DNA of 63,638 bases, the filler included, from Intoshia linei (Eukaryota; Animalia; Orthonectida): assembly GCA_001642005.1 (NCBI GenBank). It is 9 parts of 9 records of this genome, joined end to end, with 100 filler letters (N's around TTAATTAATTAA, not from the genome) between each part and the next. Parts side by side here need not be neighbours in the genome. Positions count along the whole stretch, not along the records: positions 1 to 5,243 come from LWCA01001808.1; positions 5,344 to 10,902 come from LWCA01001764.1; positions 11,003 to 32,864 come from LWCA01000620.1; 6 more parts are not named here. The stretch is one strand, 5' to 3'. Below the pieces are notes generated by a model that worked only from the letters and a program-made list of their open reading frames with translations, was not told the DNA's origin and searched no databases. A program made the position numbers and the translations under genes. Positions 1 through 11,629 of this stretch are shown here, piece by piece. Each line of letters opens with the position of its first letter. Position 1 is the first letter of the stretch.

Positions 1-1231
1 ATTACAAAAATATCGGCCTGCTCTGCAATTTAAAAATACCCATAATATTTTGAATTATATATATTTGATATTTATTATTATTATATTATATTTTATATAT
101 ATATTTTTATGATTATTATTAATTTCAAGTCAATTAACGGTGTCATTATCTGATTCACTGTCAATATATGTAACCGATCCAATTTTTGTAGGCATTTGAA
201 AGTATTTATGGTACTGTCGTTACTTCACTCCGTAAAGAATCTGAGAAATAGTATTGTAATGTTTAGATGATATAAATATCTTAGATATAGGTTTATTCAC
301 AATAAAATATCTTTAAGACGATAATAGGATACAGTGTTGTTATAGTAACATTAAGTTTAACAACATCATTACAAGTATAAATGAATTTTTTTAATAGAAG
401 TGGAAAGGTTGCTCTTTAGGAGTGAATTCTATGGTAGAACAATTAGCAGTGAAAAAATATACATATGATGCAATTATGATACAACTTATAACCATACAAC
501 TTGTATGGGTCAAACAGTTACGAATTTGGCTTCCTTAAAATTTCATCAACCTTATGCCCGTGTTGTATAATTTCTGTGAGATTTTATATACGAATTACAG
601 TTTTGTCAAAAATGTTGCTTTCCAAAGATATCTACATGATGCTAACCTATACTTCTGTCAACCTTTATTTACACATTTATTGAGGGTTCCTTTTATTTTA
701 CAGATAGAATATGGAAGACATGAAACATTACAATCTGATTAGAATCAAAATAATTATTATTTTTTTATTGAGCTGATTTTCATTAAGTGATTTATGTTAA
801 TTATATTACGTTTATATTATTTTGACACAAAAAAAAATGAAATTTTGAATATAAAATACGGAGAAAATAATATTTTTTTGTCATTAATTGGACCTATTTT
901 TATTTTTTTCGCAGACAGGTAAGATTGTTGTCAATAGAAATGATAATTTGAATAAATAATATAAACATAATGGCAAGGTTACACACAATGTTATAAATCT
1001 TATTTATGAAAACTATTTCCTTTGAGCAGGCCTATGTTTTTCAAAATTTAGGTTTAACAAATGGTACCACCGTTCTTATAATTTTTTTTCTTATTTTTTA
1101 TAACCCTGTATTTTTGTTCTTAGAAAAAAGTTAACACCTTACTACATATAAATGTATATTATACATATATTTGTATGACATTTTGTACACTTTGAACCAT
1201 GAAGTATAAATATGATATTTTTTATTTTTAG

Positions 1232-3235
1232 CTTCCGTTTGAAGTGCACACTTATTATATTCAACATGTACTTATTCTTGTTATTCCTTATTACCTGATG
1301 CGACTAGGAGGTATATTTATTGTTATTTCTATGAGTCATTAATATATTTGAGATTGTCAAATTTTTTGTGTGACGACCCCACAAATTTAATGCTTTGAAA
1401 AATAATTAATAATTTTATTAGGGGGTGAATGCGAAAATTTTTTTAGCATATTTCATTTACTCATCCAATTTAGTAAAATCTTATTATATAAAACCATAAT
1501 TTTACCAACTCTTAAGGAAACAAAGCTTTTTTTGAAAAATCTACTTTTACCAAACTTGTAGAACAAAAACCACTTTATCTGATCCCAAAAGAAAAGACTT
1601 AATTTTACCAATCCTTAAAGAAAAAATCAATTAGACAATGTGAGTAGTTTATATGGTGGCCCTGGATATTTTGAAATTTTTTTTAAAAGCAAATTTTTCA
1701 TGTAGTACTAGTGCGCGTCACATAATTAGCATAACATATTTATAGAAAATGTTGGATCAGTTAAGTGTATATAATTTTTAATATACAGATGTTGATTTTT
1801 GATTTAGGTTATATTTATTATTATTATTTTGATTTTTGAGATGAATCTACCAAATTATTTTATCACAATGTAGACATGTATATTTGCTATAACATGTGTG
1901 AGAATAGGAGTATAATTATGCTTTTAAGATGTTAAGAATTAACATTTAGTGTCACATAATTAGAATAACGAATTCGAACGATTAATAGGACAGTTTAAGA
2001 CTAGAAAATGTGGTGATATATAATTTAAGCATTCTTAAAGTTATTATAATACATAAAAATCATAGTTAGTATTTGGTACTATTACCCTTTGCATCGATAA
2101 GAGAATTTATTTCAATATGCATATGATGACTAAATGTTTATTTTTAATATCTAAAATGTATTATCATGTTCCAAATTTTTTTTATACTATAAAACATACA
2201 TATATCAATGTAATTCTTAAAAACTTAGTGTATTCATCTTCAATATCAAAAGTTATTTGCAGATATTTGAGCACAAAATTTTTAAAATTGTTTTATGTTA
2301 ATTATGTGACGCGCACTAGTATACCATTCAGCAAGTTTGGTATACATTTCAAAATAATTTTCGACTAACTTTTTTTGACGATTATTCAATTGATCTAGTA
2401 CAGTCTTTCGCAACCTTTTTCCATTGGAACGCACTTAGAAGCAATTAAAAACATTTTTTATATAAGCGTATCACAATATACAATGCAGTAACAATTTTAT
2501 ATTTGTTGGGTGATTATTTAAAATGTTTACTATACTATAAAACTTTTAAAGGAAAGCTGCAAATTTAAGAAAAATAGTTGTTTCAGTCAAAATGCAAAAA
2601 AATATGATTTAACTGACCCTGTGTGAAATGATGTATAGTTCATTTCAATTTTGACTGGACACACCTAAAATTTGCTGGGCGCATCGTTTGAGAAACACTG
2701 ATCTAGTAGGTGTTAGTCGCGACTCGCGATCCACCGTTTCATAGCATTTCTACTTTTTAAATTTTCATTTTTCACAGGAATCTACACACCAGAACCTTTG
2801 AACGATTTTTCGTGGGCTCTAATGACCTTTTCATTAATGATGTTGTACCATTTTGTAATACTTCAACCATTGGCAATGGTAATTTAAATTATTTATTTTT
2901 ATATAGTCAAATCTGCACATAAATATTGTAATAATAATTATTGATTGTGTAAAGGTTTTACTGTATTTTAATATTAATATCAGTTTAATATTTAGATAAC
3001 CTATTTTAATTTAAACAACATAATATGTCCTGCCGTATCAGACCCATTTAATGGACAATGGTATCGATGTTTTGCTGTTATTCATCAATTTTTTTTAATT
3101 GTATTTATGGGAAAAATTTACACAATTTTGGCGAAACTTATCCTAACACCTCTACGTCCATTTTCTAGTTACGAACAAGAAGATTACTATTGGGTGACAC
3201 AAGAAAAATTAAAAAAAGACGACAAATCAAAATAA
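1232..3235 (+). CDS. TMEM164: Transmembrane protein 164 homolog, 3' exons only (1232-1310, 2778-2878, 2996-3235)
   Basis: GT-AG spliced translation LPFEVHTYYIQHVLILVIPYYLMRLGG/IYTPEPLNDFSWALMTFSLMMLYHFVILQPLAM/ITYFNLNNIICPAVSDPFNGQWYR matches the TMEM164 motifs LPFE..YYIQH, YTPEPL and NLNN..CPA.SDPF.G.WYR. Exon phases are compatible. 5' exons not found in the window. Confidence 0.88.
1708..2319. mobile_element. Non-autonomous Tc1/mariner-type element (IR/DR-like)
   Basis: Terminal inverted repeats CTAGTGCGCGTCACATAATT / AATTATGTGACGCGCACTAG flanked by TA on both sides. An inner direct repeat GTCACATAATTAGAATAAC lies at ~1951. Confidence 0.7.
2401..2700. mobile_element. hAT MITE (Buster/Charlie-type)
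   Basis: Imperfect TIRs CAGTCTTTCGCAACC / GTTTGAGAAACACTG with a perfect 8-bp TSD ATCTAGTA (2393-2400, 2701-2708). Confidence 0.8.
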
Positions 3236-3241
3236 ATTTAT

Positions 3242-4792
3242 TTAACCTGCAGTCCCTTCTGCAGGGCAATTGGAACCTTGACATTCAGAAGTTTCTAGGA
3301 TCATATTAAATTTTATTCTCATTCTGATTACCGTATATTTTAATTTGTGAAGAATGTCTTCCATATTGGTTGTGTGCTTCACAATAATAGTAACCGAAAT
3401 CTTCCCCGTTTACGTTTTCAATTGTTAATTGATTCCAAAATGCAGCTATTCCCATTTGAGACCGAGAGACGTCTACTTCGTGTCTATAGTCATCTCTAAT
3501 TAATCTCCTTTCCTTTCCTTCTAACCTATACCAATTTATTTCTGGATCTGGGTGACCTATTATTAACTTTGTGAAATTTTAAGGGGTTAAATATATTTAT
3601 ACCTTCAACGATACATTCTAGTATTAATTGAAATTGTCTATTTGGAGCTTGACCATACGTTGTTTGCACTGGCCAAGTAACAGGGGCGAAATTTACATAG
3701 AGACTTATATCAAAAAATGCAATTGGACGCAATCGATTATCTGCAATGCACCTATAGACGCCGGTGGACCTCCTGTTTATTTTTTCAAATTTTAAATGGT
3801 TGGACTAAAACTGACTTTATACAGCAATTATAAATTTATTGAAATACCCTGTGTATATTTATGTTTTTTTCAAAATATATTGGTCTGCCGTTTGGACGGG
3901 CCCAAGTAATGTTGGGTTTAGGTAAACCTTCAGCTTCACAATATAACGTTACTGAGGAAAATTCATCTACAGTTGTTGTTTTTGATGTTTTAGAAATAAC
4001 AATTTCTGGTGGGGCTGCAAGATTTGATTTTAATAAAAATATAAGTTTCAGTATCAAATTATTGTACAATGTATATTATACTGTTTAATGAGGGATAGGA
4101 TTAATTCGTATCTTCAGAAATTTGATAAAATTAAAATAAAACATTTAATAAACTGATCATTGATATATTTGAAAAGTTTAAGAGAAATATTGATACCCTT
4201 TAATAAATATTTTGAACATGAGCTACCCTAAAGATTTTTAAACCCCAACGACCCAACTCTGGATCATACGAACAATCATTGTGGTACATTGTATTGAATT
4301 AGTAATTACACATGACAATCAACTGCCCTGTACTTCTCGGATCATTAATATCATTTCCATCGTCTATTGATACATGACATGTGTAATTTCCTGCGTCAGT
4401 AGATTGTAATTTCCGTATAATCTACAATAAAAATTTTTTTATTTTTATTTTAAATGTTTTAATCTTAGTAAATAATCATAAGATTTGAAATGATTAATGG
4501 GATCAAATTATAAAAAACTAATGTCAGGAATCCTGTGTTACGTCAGAGGTAGATGAGTGCATTTTTTTAGATTAACTGAAATGATATTTCAAAACGGGTG
4601 GCAATGTATGCTACAAATCATGGATGCAAATATGAAATTTTTTACCAATGTAAATGTAGCAGTGTCGCCTTTTTTATCAATGCTAATTTCATATTTTCGC
4701 ATGCCATCTGTGACTAAATTGAGATTTTCGATATTGGTTATTCTTGATCCAGAACTGATTGTTAATCTTTGATTAGCAAAAATCCAATGAAC
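3242..4792 (-). CDS. Lachesin/DIP/IgLON-like immunoglobulin superfamily protein (3 Ig domains), 5'-partial
   Basis: Six exons give VHW...DAGNYTCHV, PPEI...VTLYCEAEGLPKPNITW...GVYRCIADN, FAP...LECIVEGHPDPEINWYR...DFGYYYCEAHNQYG and ETSECQGSNCPAEGTAG*. Includes a 37-nt intron at 3295-3331. Confidence 0.85.
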
Positions 4793-5243
4793 CTTTTTAT
4801 TTTAAAAATAAAATGTAATATTTTATAAATATAATACAGTATTTTTCAACCCGGTGCTAAAATAGCCAATAATTCAATAATAAATGAGAAAAACTGAGAA
4901 ATTGAAAAACTAAAGAAAAAGGATATTAAACAGTTAGAATAAGGTGGTTAGGGTGTCACATTTTTTCAAAAATTTGAGAATTTTTAGGACGAACAGCGCG
5001 CATCCTGTGTATTATGATGCAAAAATCATAATCTGGAATATTATATTCCAAAAATGGTTATTCGGGTGGGGCTGGTTATTTTAAATATAACAAATATATT
5101 AAGTAAAATTTAAAACTGAACTTTATTTCAAAAAAATGACAAATAATTGTATAACCATAATTCTGGTTTATAATGTTATCTATTAATATTGTTATTAATT
5201 ATTATCAAAAAAATGAATATGAATGCATCAAAGGCAATAGGTA

Positions 5244-5343
5244 NNNNNNNNNNNNNNNNNNNNNNNNNNNNNNNNNNNNNNNNNNNNTTAATTAATTAAN
5301 NNNNNNNNNNNNNNNNNNNNNNNNNNNNNNNNNNNNNNNNNNN
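5244..5343. other. Artificial contig spacer (also 10903-11002, 32865-32964, 38772-38871, 46449-46548, 52875-52974, 57632-57731, 62491-62590)
   Basis: The same N44-TTAATTAATTAA-N44 block (stops in all six frames) occurs eight times. Several genes are truncated next to these blocks. Confidence 0.97.
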
Positions 5344-5448
5344 TACGGCCCTGTATTTTTTTAATTTCTAAAATTCGATCAAAAAGTTAACACCCTAATG
5401 TATATAATATATATATTTTGTTTATTTTATTGTTGAAGACATTTAAGT

Positions 5449-8341
5449 TTATTGACGATTCCATTTAAATTTTAGTATACGTATAAATGTTTTTTGAAAT
5501 GTTTTGTTTGCTAGTGCATAGCAGAATGGGTTTATCTACGTTTTTATAAATTTAGAATACATTATTAATTACGGGACTGTTGAGGTAACACATCCAATAT
5601 GAGATATCATATAGCATAGCATTTACACATTTATAAGATCCACAGATACTCACAATCATTGACATAATGTGCCAAGGCATCCAACAAAATATAAACACAC
5701 CTACAATTATACTGATGGTGTTGAAAGCTTTCTGGGCAGGAATGTTGGTTTTTTTGTTTGATTTTGGGTATTTTAAAATTTTCTGGATAGTACTGCACAA
5801 ATGAATATTTTTATTCTTATGTAATTCACTCTGCTGATTGATTTTTAGAGGTATGTTTCCTGTGAGTGGAATTGAATCGTTTAACATTTTATTAATATCA
5901 TTTTGTGTTTTTTTTTGTTTTTTGTATATTTTTACGACTGTTTGGTAAATTCTTATATACAAGATGAATATCATTATTATAGTTATCCAAAAATACACAA
6001 TTTGCAAAATAATGGTATATATGTAATTATCCATGTATTGAATGTAACATTTTTCATCGGGAACTGTTCGTTCTCCTACAAAATATTGCCAACCAAAAAT
6101 AGTTATGAAAAAAAGTAGGCTGGGAAATAGCCATATAGTTGCAATAAATTTAAATGCGATTGTTTTTGTTTGTCTAACATGATAAAGTGTCGGGTAGAAT
6201 ATACTACAATATCTATCAATAGTGATACACAAAACTGTATAGATTGATGCTAAACATACTGTATAATCGACTGATAGCCATAAATCACAAAACACATTTC
6301 CTAGCTTCCAAACATTTTGGTTTATTATATATATTCCGAATATAGGGATGGAAATTGATCCAATTAATATGTCACTTACTGCCAATGAAGCAATAAAGTA
6401 ATTGCTCGGTTGTCGTAGGGTTGACTCGATGAAAAAACTGAATAGTACTATCACATTACCTAAAAATAATTTTAAATAAAAAATATAGTTCAATTAAGAA
6501 TTAAATTATAATATTATTTATTTTTAATTTAAATTTATATGAAAACTAACCACTTATCAATGCGTCAAAAAGTGGATTTTGTGTACTTTATATTAATAAA
6601 CACAAGAATTTTTTACCCGGTCACCTAAAAAACCTGGATTTCTCCCATATACTTGGTAAAATTAAAATCAGTTGATTATTTAACTTGATTCGATCATCAA
6701 GATTGAAAATAAATTTTATATGTTCTTATTTAGAGGTTGCTATGGAGAAATTAAATTAAATCTACATTTTTGTTTATTGTCATATTACAATTATAATTGT
6801 TAAAATTAATTACAATTGGTATAATGTATGATGTTAACACTAAATTGTCTGATATTTCGAATTGTCCCAAATTTACATTTAAAAATAAGAGTGGTAATTC
6901 CATACAAGAGTTTATGAATGAATCCAATAGTATCATACAGAATTGTTATGATGAAATGACTCAATGAATCAGAAATAGATGACTCAAAATTACAGCAATT
7001 TGAATATGAAACAGATGAAGAATTACTAACTGTTAGTCCAGTGATTCTCGGTTCAAATAGTGCACGGACGTCCATTTCCAAATATTTCTGTTTTGTTCCA
7101 AAGCAAAACATGAAATATAAAAGTTATTTTTCATAAGATTTGGTAAAACTGGATTTTTTATTTTGGGGTTTGATTAAGATTTAATTTAGTGTGACTTAGT
7201 GTAAATAAGTGGATTTTTCCATGAGGCTTTGAAATGTTATTTTGTATTAAATTAATGGTGAGCTGAAAGTGAGATTTTTGAAATCATAATGTAGCGGTCA
7301 TTTAGGCTTTAGGATAAATTCCCAACATCTGGAAATTTTGTAATAAATATTAATAATTCTATAAAAATAAACGAAAGTTGATAAAAAAAATTTTTATATT
7401 TTATTTGAAGATATTTTGGATTTTATTTTACCCTGGCATATATTTTTGGATCCCTAAGGGCCCAACGACCCCAATCGGGAATCACTTTGTTATGTTAGAC
7501 TTTAACATCACATTCTGAATAATTTTGACTTTACATAATTATTATTTTTAAAAATAAATAAATAAATAATTAATATTTTTTATGATTGCACGTGATATTC
7601 TAACATTATATTTCTTCATATTTCTCAATGGCCTATTTTTGTTTGACTTGAAAATTTTTTCTAACAGAGATATTTTCACTTTTGATTATGTATCTTTGTT
7701 CAGATCATTCAAAAAAATGTTTATCTCTAAAGACGTTCATTCTGGAGAATTGATTGTATAGAAATTTTTCTTTTAATTTAAATTTAGAATTGATATGCTA
7801 CATCTTGTAAACTTTATAGTGTAAAGCATTTGATGGTGAAATGTCAATTCATAAATGAACAAAAAATTAAAAGTATAAATAATTAATTTTTAATTGAATG
7901 ATACATATTAATATAATTTATTTTGACCAGTATTAATATTAATACATGTTATTTATATAAATGATCATAATGTTAAATATTAATACATATCGTTTATGTA
8001 TGTAATGCATATCGTTTGCAAGTATTGACGATACTACAAAGAAGTCCATTAAATTAAAAAAAATTGTGAGCCTTGAAATTTAAAATAAAAAAATTTAGAA
8101 TATTTTTGCATTATTTATAACTAAATGTTATATTTTATGTAATAATACATTCTTGATAAATTTACTTTGGGAAACACTGAATTCATTTGAAATATAATAA
8201 AATTTAGTAAAATATACCCAAAATAGCAGTAATAGATGTTATGCATGTGGCAAAGATTATTAAAATTGTTCTGATTTGTTCATAGGTAGGAGAATTTACA
8301 TATTGAGTCGTAGAGTTATTATTAATATTTGTAAAATTCAT
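5449..8341 (-). CDS. Muscarinic acetylcholine receptor, B-type (GAR-1/GAR-2, mAChR-B-like); exons 8341-8218, 6459-5573, 5535-5449
   Basis: Complete 7TM reading frame: MNFTNINNNST...AILG/NVIV...RQPSNYFIASLAVSD...CDLWLSVDYTVCLASIY...IDRY...GWQYFVGERTVPDEKCYIQY...CWMPWHI...CYLNSP/INPFCYALAN...*. Confidence 0.92.
7137..7350 (-). mobile_element. Copy of GGTAAAA-array repeat family with conserved terminal block
   Basis: Shares ...TTGAAAT...GTGAGATTTT...TAGCGG...AACATCTG with 23160-23300 and, inverted, with 27360-27480. Confidence 0.55.
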
Positions 8342-10231
8342 TCGACTATTTTATGATGAAAAATTTCATAGAATGATACGTTTAAAATAAAAATACAATT
8401 AAGACATATTGAAATGATTTGTATGGATGTATAATTACAATCTGATAGATTTGACGTTACATATATTATACTCCTGGTACCCAGTTGTAACTTACTACAA
8501 TAATTTTAAAATATATTTGATGTTCGACTTATTGAACTATATTTTGGTCATTATACACATAATTAAAATGTTATTGATCTAACAGCATTATATCCTAGAT
8601 GTAGCTGTGATATTCTTCGTTACAGGTACCTCACAGCATAGGTCTTTGTAGTTGGTTGGTAGTTGTTTTATTATTTTCATTTTACATCAATTAAATTGTT
8701 ATTATCTTTAATTTTTATACATTATATTTTCCGTAGTTTAGTAATACAGATTCGAATTTCAATCAATCAATGTATCGATAATTAAATATTAAATTAAAAT
8801 ATCAATAATTACTCATTTCAATTGAAATACAACTGTTTGCTTACCTATGCGAACAATTCTTTTTCTATTATTTGATGACCTACTAAAGACATGTACAGTG
8901 TAACTTATAAACCATTGTAACCCAATATAAAATTTAAAAACAATCAATCAGCATAAAATGTGTTGACGTATTCAATATAATTTAAAATAATATTATTCAT
9001 ATGTAAAAAAAACAAAAAAATTGTATTTGTTCACCTTTTGTATCAAGGATGAGTTAGCACAATGAATTCTAATTGATTGGTTTTCGATTGAATAGTAATT
9101 TGAATTAATTTTCAATTTTTAAATATAATAGCTTATTATGAGTATGTGTTAAATTTTTCATTCAATTGATTAACGTTTGGTTCAATGTTTGATGAACAAT
9201 AGTAATTGAGGTGACCATTTAAACTAATTATTATTAGTGTAAATTCAAAAGTAATTATAGTTTAATATAAATTTGAAGATATATTGATATTTTGAATTTG
9301 TAAAGTAGAAAATTATATAAAGTTAGGGTCAAACCTTTCTTTAAGGTGTGAAACATAATTAAATTAAAAACATTATAAATTCGTTTTATTTCCAGAAAAT
9401 ACTAGTTTATTTGGACAGTGCTGAACCTACCGTACCTCGAAACCCTATTCGCATAATCTCGACTAAATTTTGGTAAAATTCCAAATTATTTTATGAAATA
9501 ATGTGGCTTTTATTTTTTGAAATTTAAGTTTTTATGAAGTGAAAATTTTAATAAAATTAGTGTAAACATTTCTAAAAAAGAATAGTCTCGTAAGGGTTAA
9601 TAATTAACAATGAATCCTAATTGATAAAAATACACATAAATGTAAGCCATATCAAATTAAAATTCTAGTTTTATCATGCGAAAATTAATTTAAAAAAATC
9701 AATCTTGCACAATAAATACAAAAAAATATTTCACTTTTAATTTCCAGGAAGGAATTATCACAAAATAATGACAAAGAACTCGCAAAATTTACTCCGTAAT
9801 CGACGATGATAGTCTGGATTATATTTTGAATAATCTTAGCACCGCTGACCACCGAACACATTAAATTAAAAATTAAAAAAACCATGACCGCTCGCACTAA
9901 ATTGTATTCGATTTCGATTTTTAATATTAAAGTAAGGGTCTCACTAAACAGTGAATCATAGTATAAAAATTTCTAAATAGTGAATCAAATACTAATTGAA
10001 TTATTGACTACTAGAAGCATAGAAAAAGTAAAATAGTTATTTACATGTCTGGTGCATAATTTTCACTTTACAATACGAGTTTGGCAGAATGCATGAACCC
10101 GAACGGTGAATGTATTTACCATTTAGTCTATTAAATCAAAATTAAAATAACTTAGTTTTGATAAATATTTTATTTATAATTTTATAGATTAGTCAGATTA
10201 TGTTTTCGCTCGGATTCCATATGTATTAGGG

Positions 10232-10902
10232 CAGAGGTTCCCAACTTATACAACCTCAGGACCCACATAATTATGTCAAGAGATTAGTGAATTAATATAA
10301 CGAATTATAACAGTATGTTTTTTTAAAAACATTGTTTGCCTGACAAAAAAAAGAATAAAAAATATATTTTTATTAACATTGAAATATATTTGAATGTTTT
10401 TTTGAATGAAAATTTAATCTGTAAGTAATTTAATGAGAAGTTTGTGGTTTACTTTCTAATACTAATTTTGATATTCTCGGTCGTGTTGTAGTAAAAGCCA
10501 ATCGAATATCAGCTCGCACGTCAAGTCGATTTCTATATTTATTTTTGATTTGTACAAGTGTAGAAAATCCTCATTCAACATAAATATGTGGAAGGAAATG
10601 GAAGTAATACACAGAAAGCAATTGTTGTAACATTAGGATATTCGCCGTACAAATGACACCAAAAGTCACTGAGTGATTTTTCTGTATACATATCACGGGG
10701 GCAGAATTGTTACGTAGATGCAATAATTAATCTTGAATGTTATCAGGAATAGAATCAAAATTTAGATTAGTCAAGAAAGGATTACGTACCATACAATACA
10801 TACTGTATTATTACTCAGAGGTATAAATTTCGTAACATTATGTGTACTAAGCATCATAGTATCAAATACTGCGTTGATTGCCGGTAAAATGAGATTTTCT
10901 CC
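10232..10902 (-). mobile_element. hAT (Buster/Charlie) transposon 3' remnant
   Basis: Terminus CAGAGGTTCCCAAC. The minus strand encodes a decayed dimerisation domain SLSDFW...YP...LLPFPSTYLC..GFS...IKNKYRNRLDV..DIRLA...PRI...QTSH*. Confidence 0.85.
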
Positions 10903-11049
10903 NNNNNNNNNNNNNNNNNNNNNNNNNNNNNNNNNNNNNNNNNNNNTTAATTAATTAANNNNNNNNNNNNNNNNNNNNNNNNNNNNNNNNNNNNNNNNNN
11001 NNTTACTTAAACTGATGATGAAACAAAGAAAACTTTTTAAAACAAAATA

Positions 11050-11391
11050 AAAAAAAATTGTTCCATTAAAGGTTGGTAAAAGTAAATTATTTCCTTAAGG
11101 GTAAGTAAAACTCGATTTTTCCATTAAAGGTTGGTAAAAGTGAATTTTCCCATAAGGGTAGGTAAAACTCGATTTTTACATCAAAGGTTGGTAAAAGTAG
11201 ATTATTTCCTTAAGGGTAAGTAAAACTTGATTTTTCCATTAAAGGTTAGTATAAGTGGATTTTCCCATAATGGTTGGTAAAATTGGGATTTTTCTTTAGG
11301 GGTTTGTAAAAGTGGAATTTTCCCTTAAAGGTTGGTAAATTTTGATTTTTAGTAAACTTGTTGGATTTTAGTAAAAATGGTTGGGTTTAAG
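11050..11391. repeat. ~30-bp tandem array (GGTTGGTAAAA core), right arm of a foldback-like element
   Basis: About 10 units, ending in TTTTAGTAAAAATGGTTGGGTTTAAG, nearly the same terminus as 15865-15888. Confidence 0.8.
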
Positions 11392-11629
11392 AATTATTAG
11401 TTATTATTAGAATTATTAAGAATTGTCTCATTATTAATTATACAAGGTATATTTAGATTTTTATTTTTTTAAGATACATAATTATAATACAATTAATTAT
11501 TATAGGAATTTAAATTAATAGTAATTGAAAATCCACCAAAATGTGATCATTTTAATCGCAAAAAACGTCACTTTGAGAGTGACCAATGCAATGGTCATTA
11601 ACTAGTGTTATACTTTTTAAGTAATATAC

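Noticed and set aside
140-760. Coding-like fragments upstream of the TMEM164 exons (similar cases at 20380-21150, 23690-24200, 53100-53500, 56700-57300)
   Set aside because: Multiple stops and frameshifts, and no family I can recognise. Probably decayed TE or pseudogene sequence, but not supportable as features.
5288-5299. Recurrent TTAATTAATTAA palindrome between N runs
   Set aside because: Synthetic six-frame-stop linker, identical at all eight gaps. It is not biological, and adjacency across these gaps cannot be trusted.
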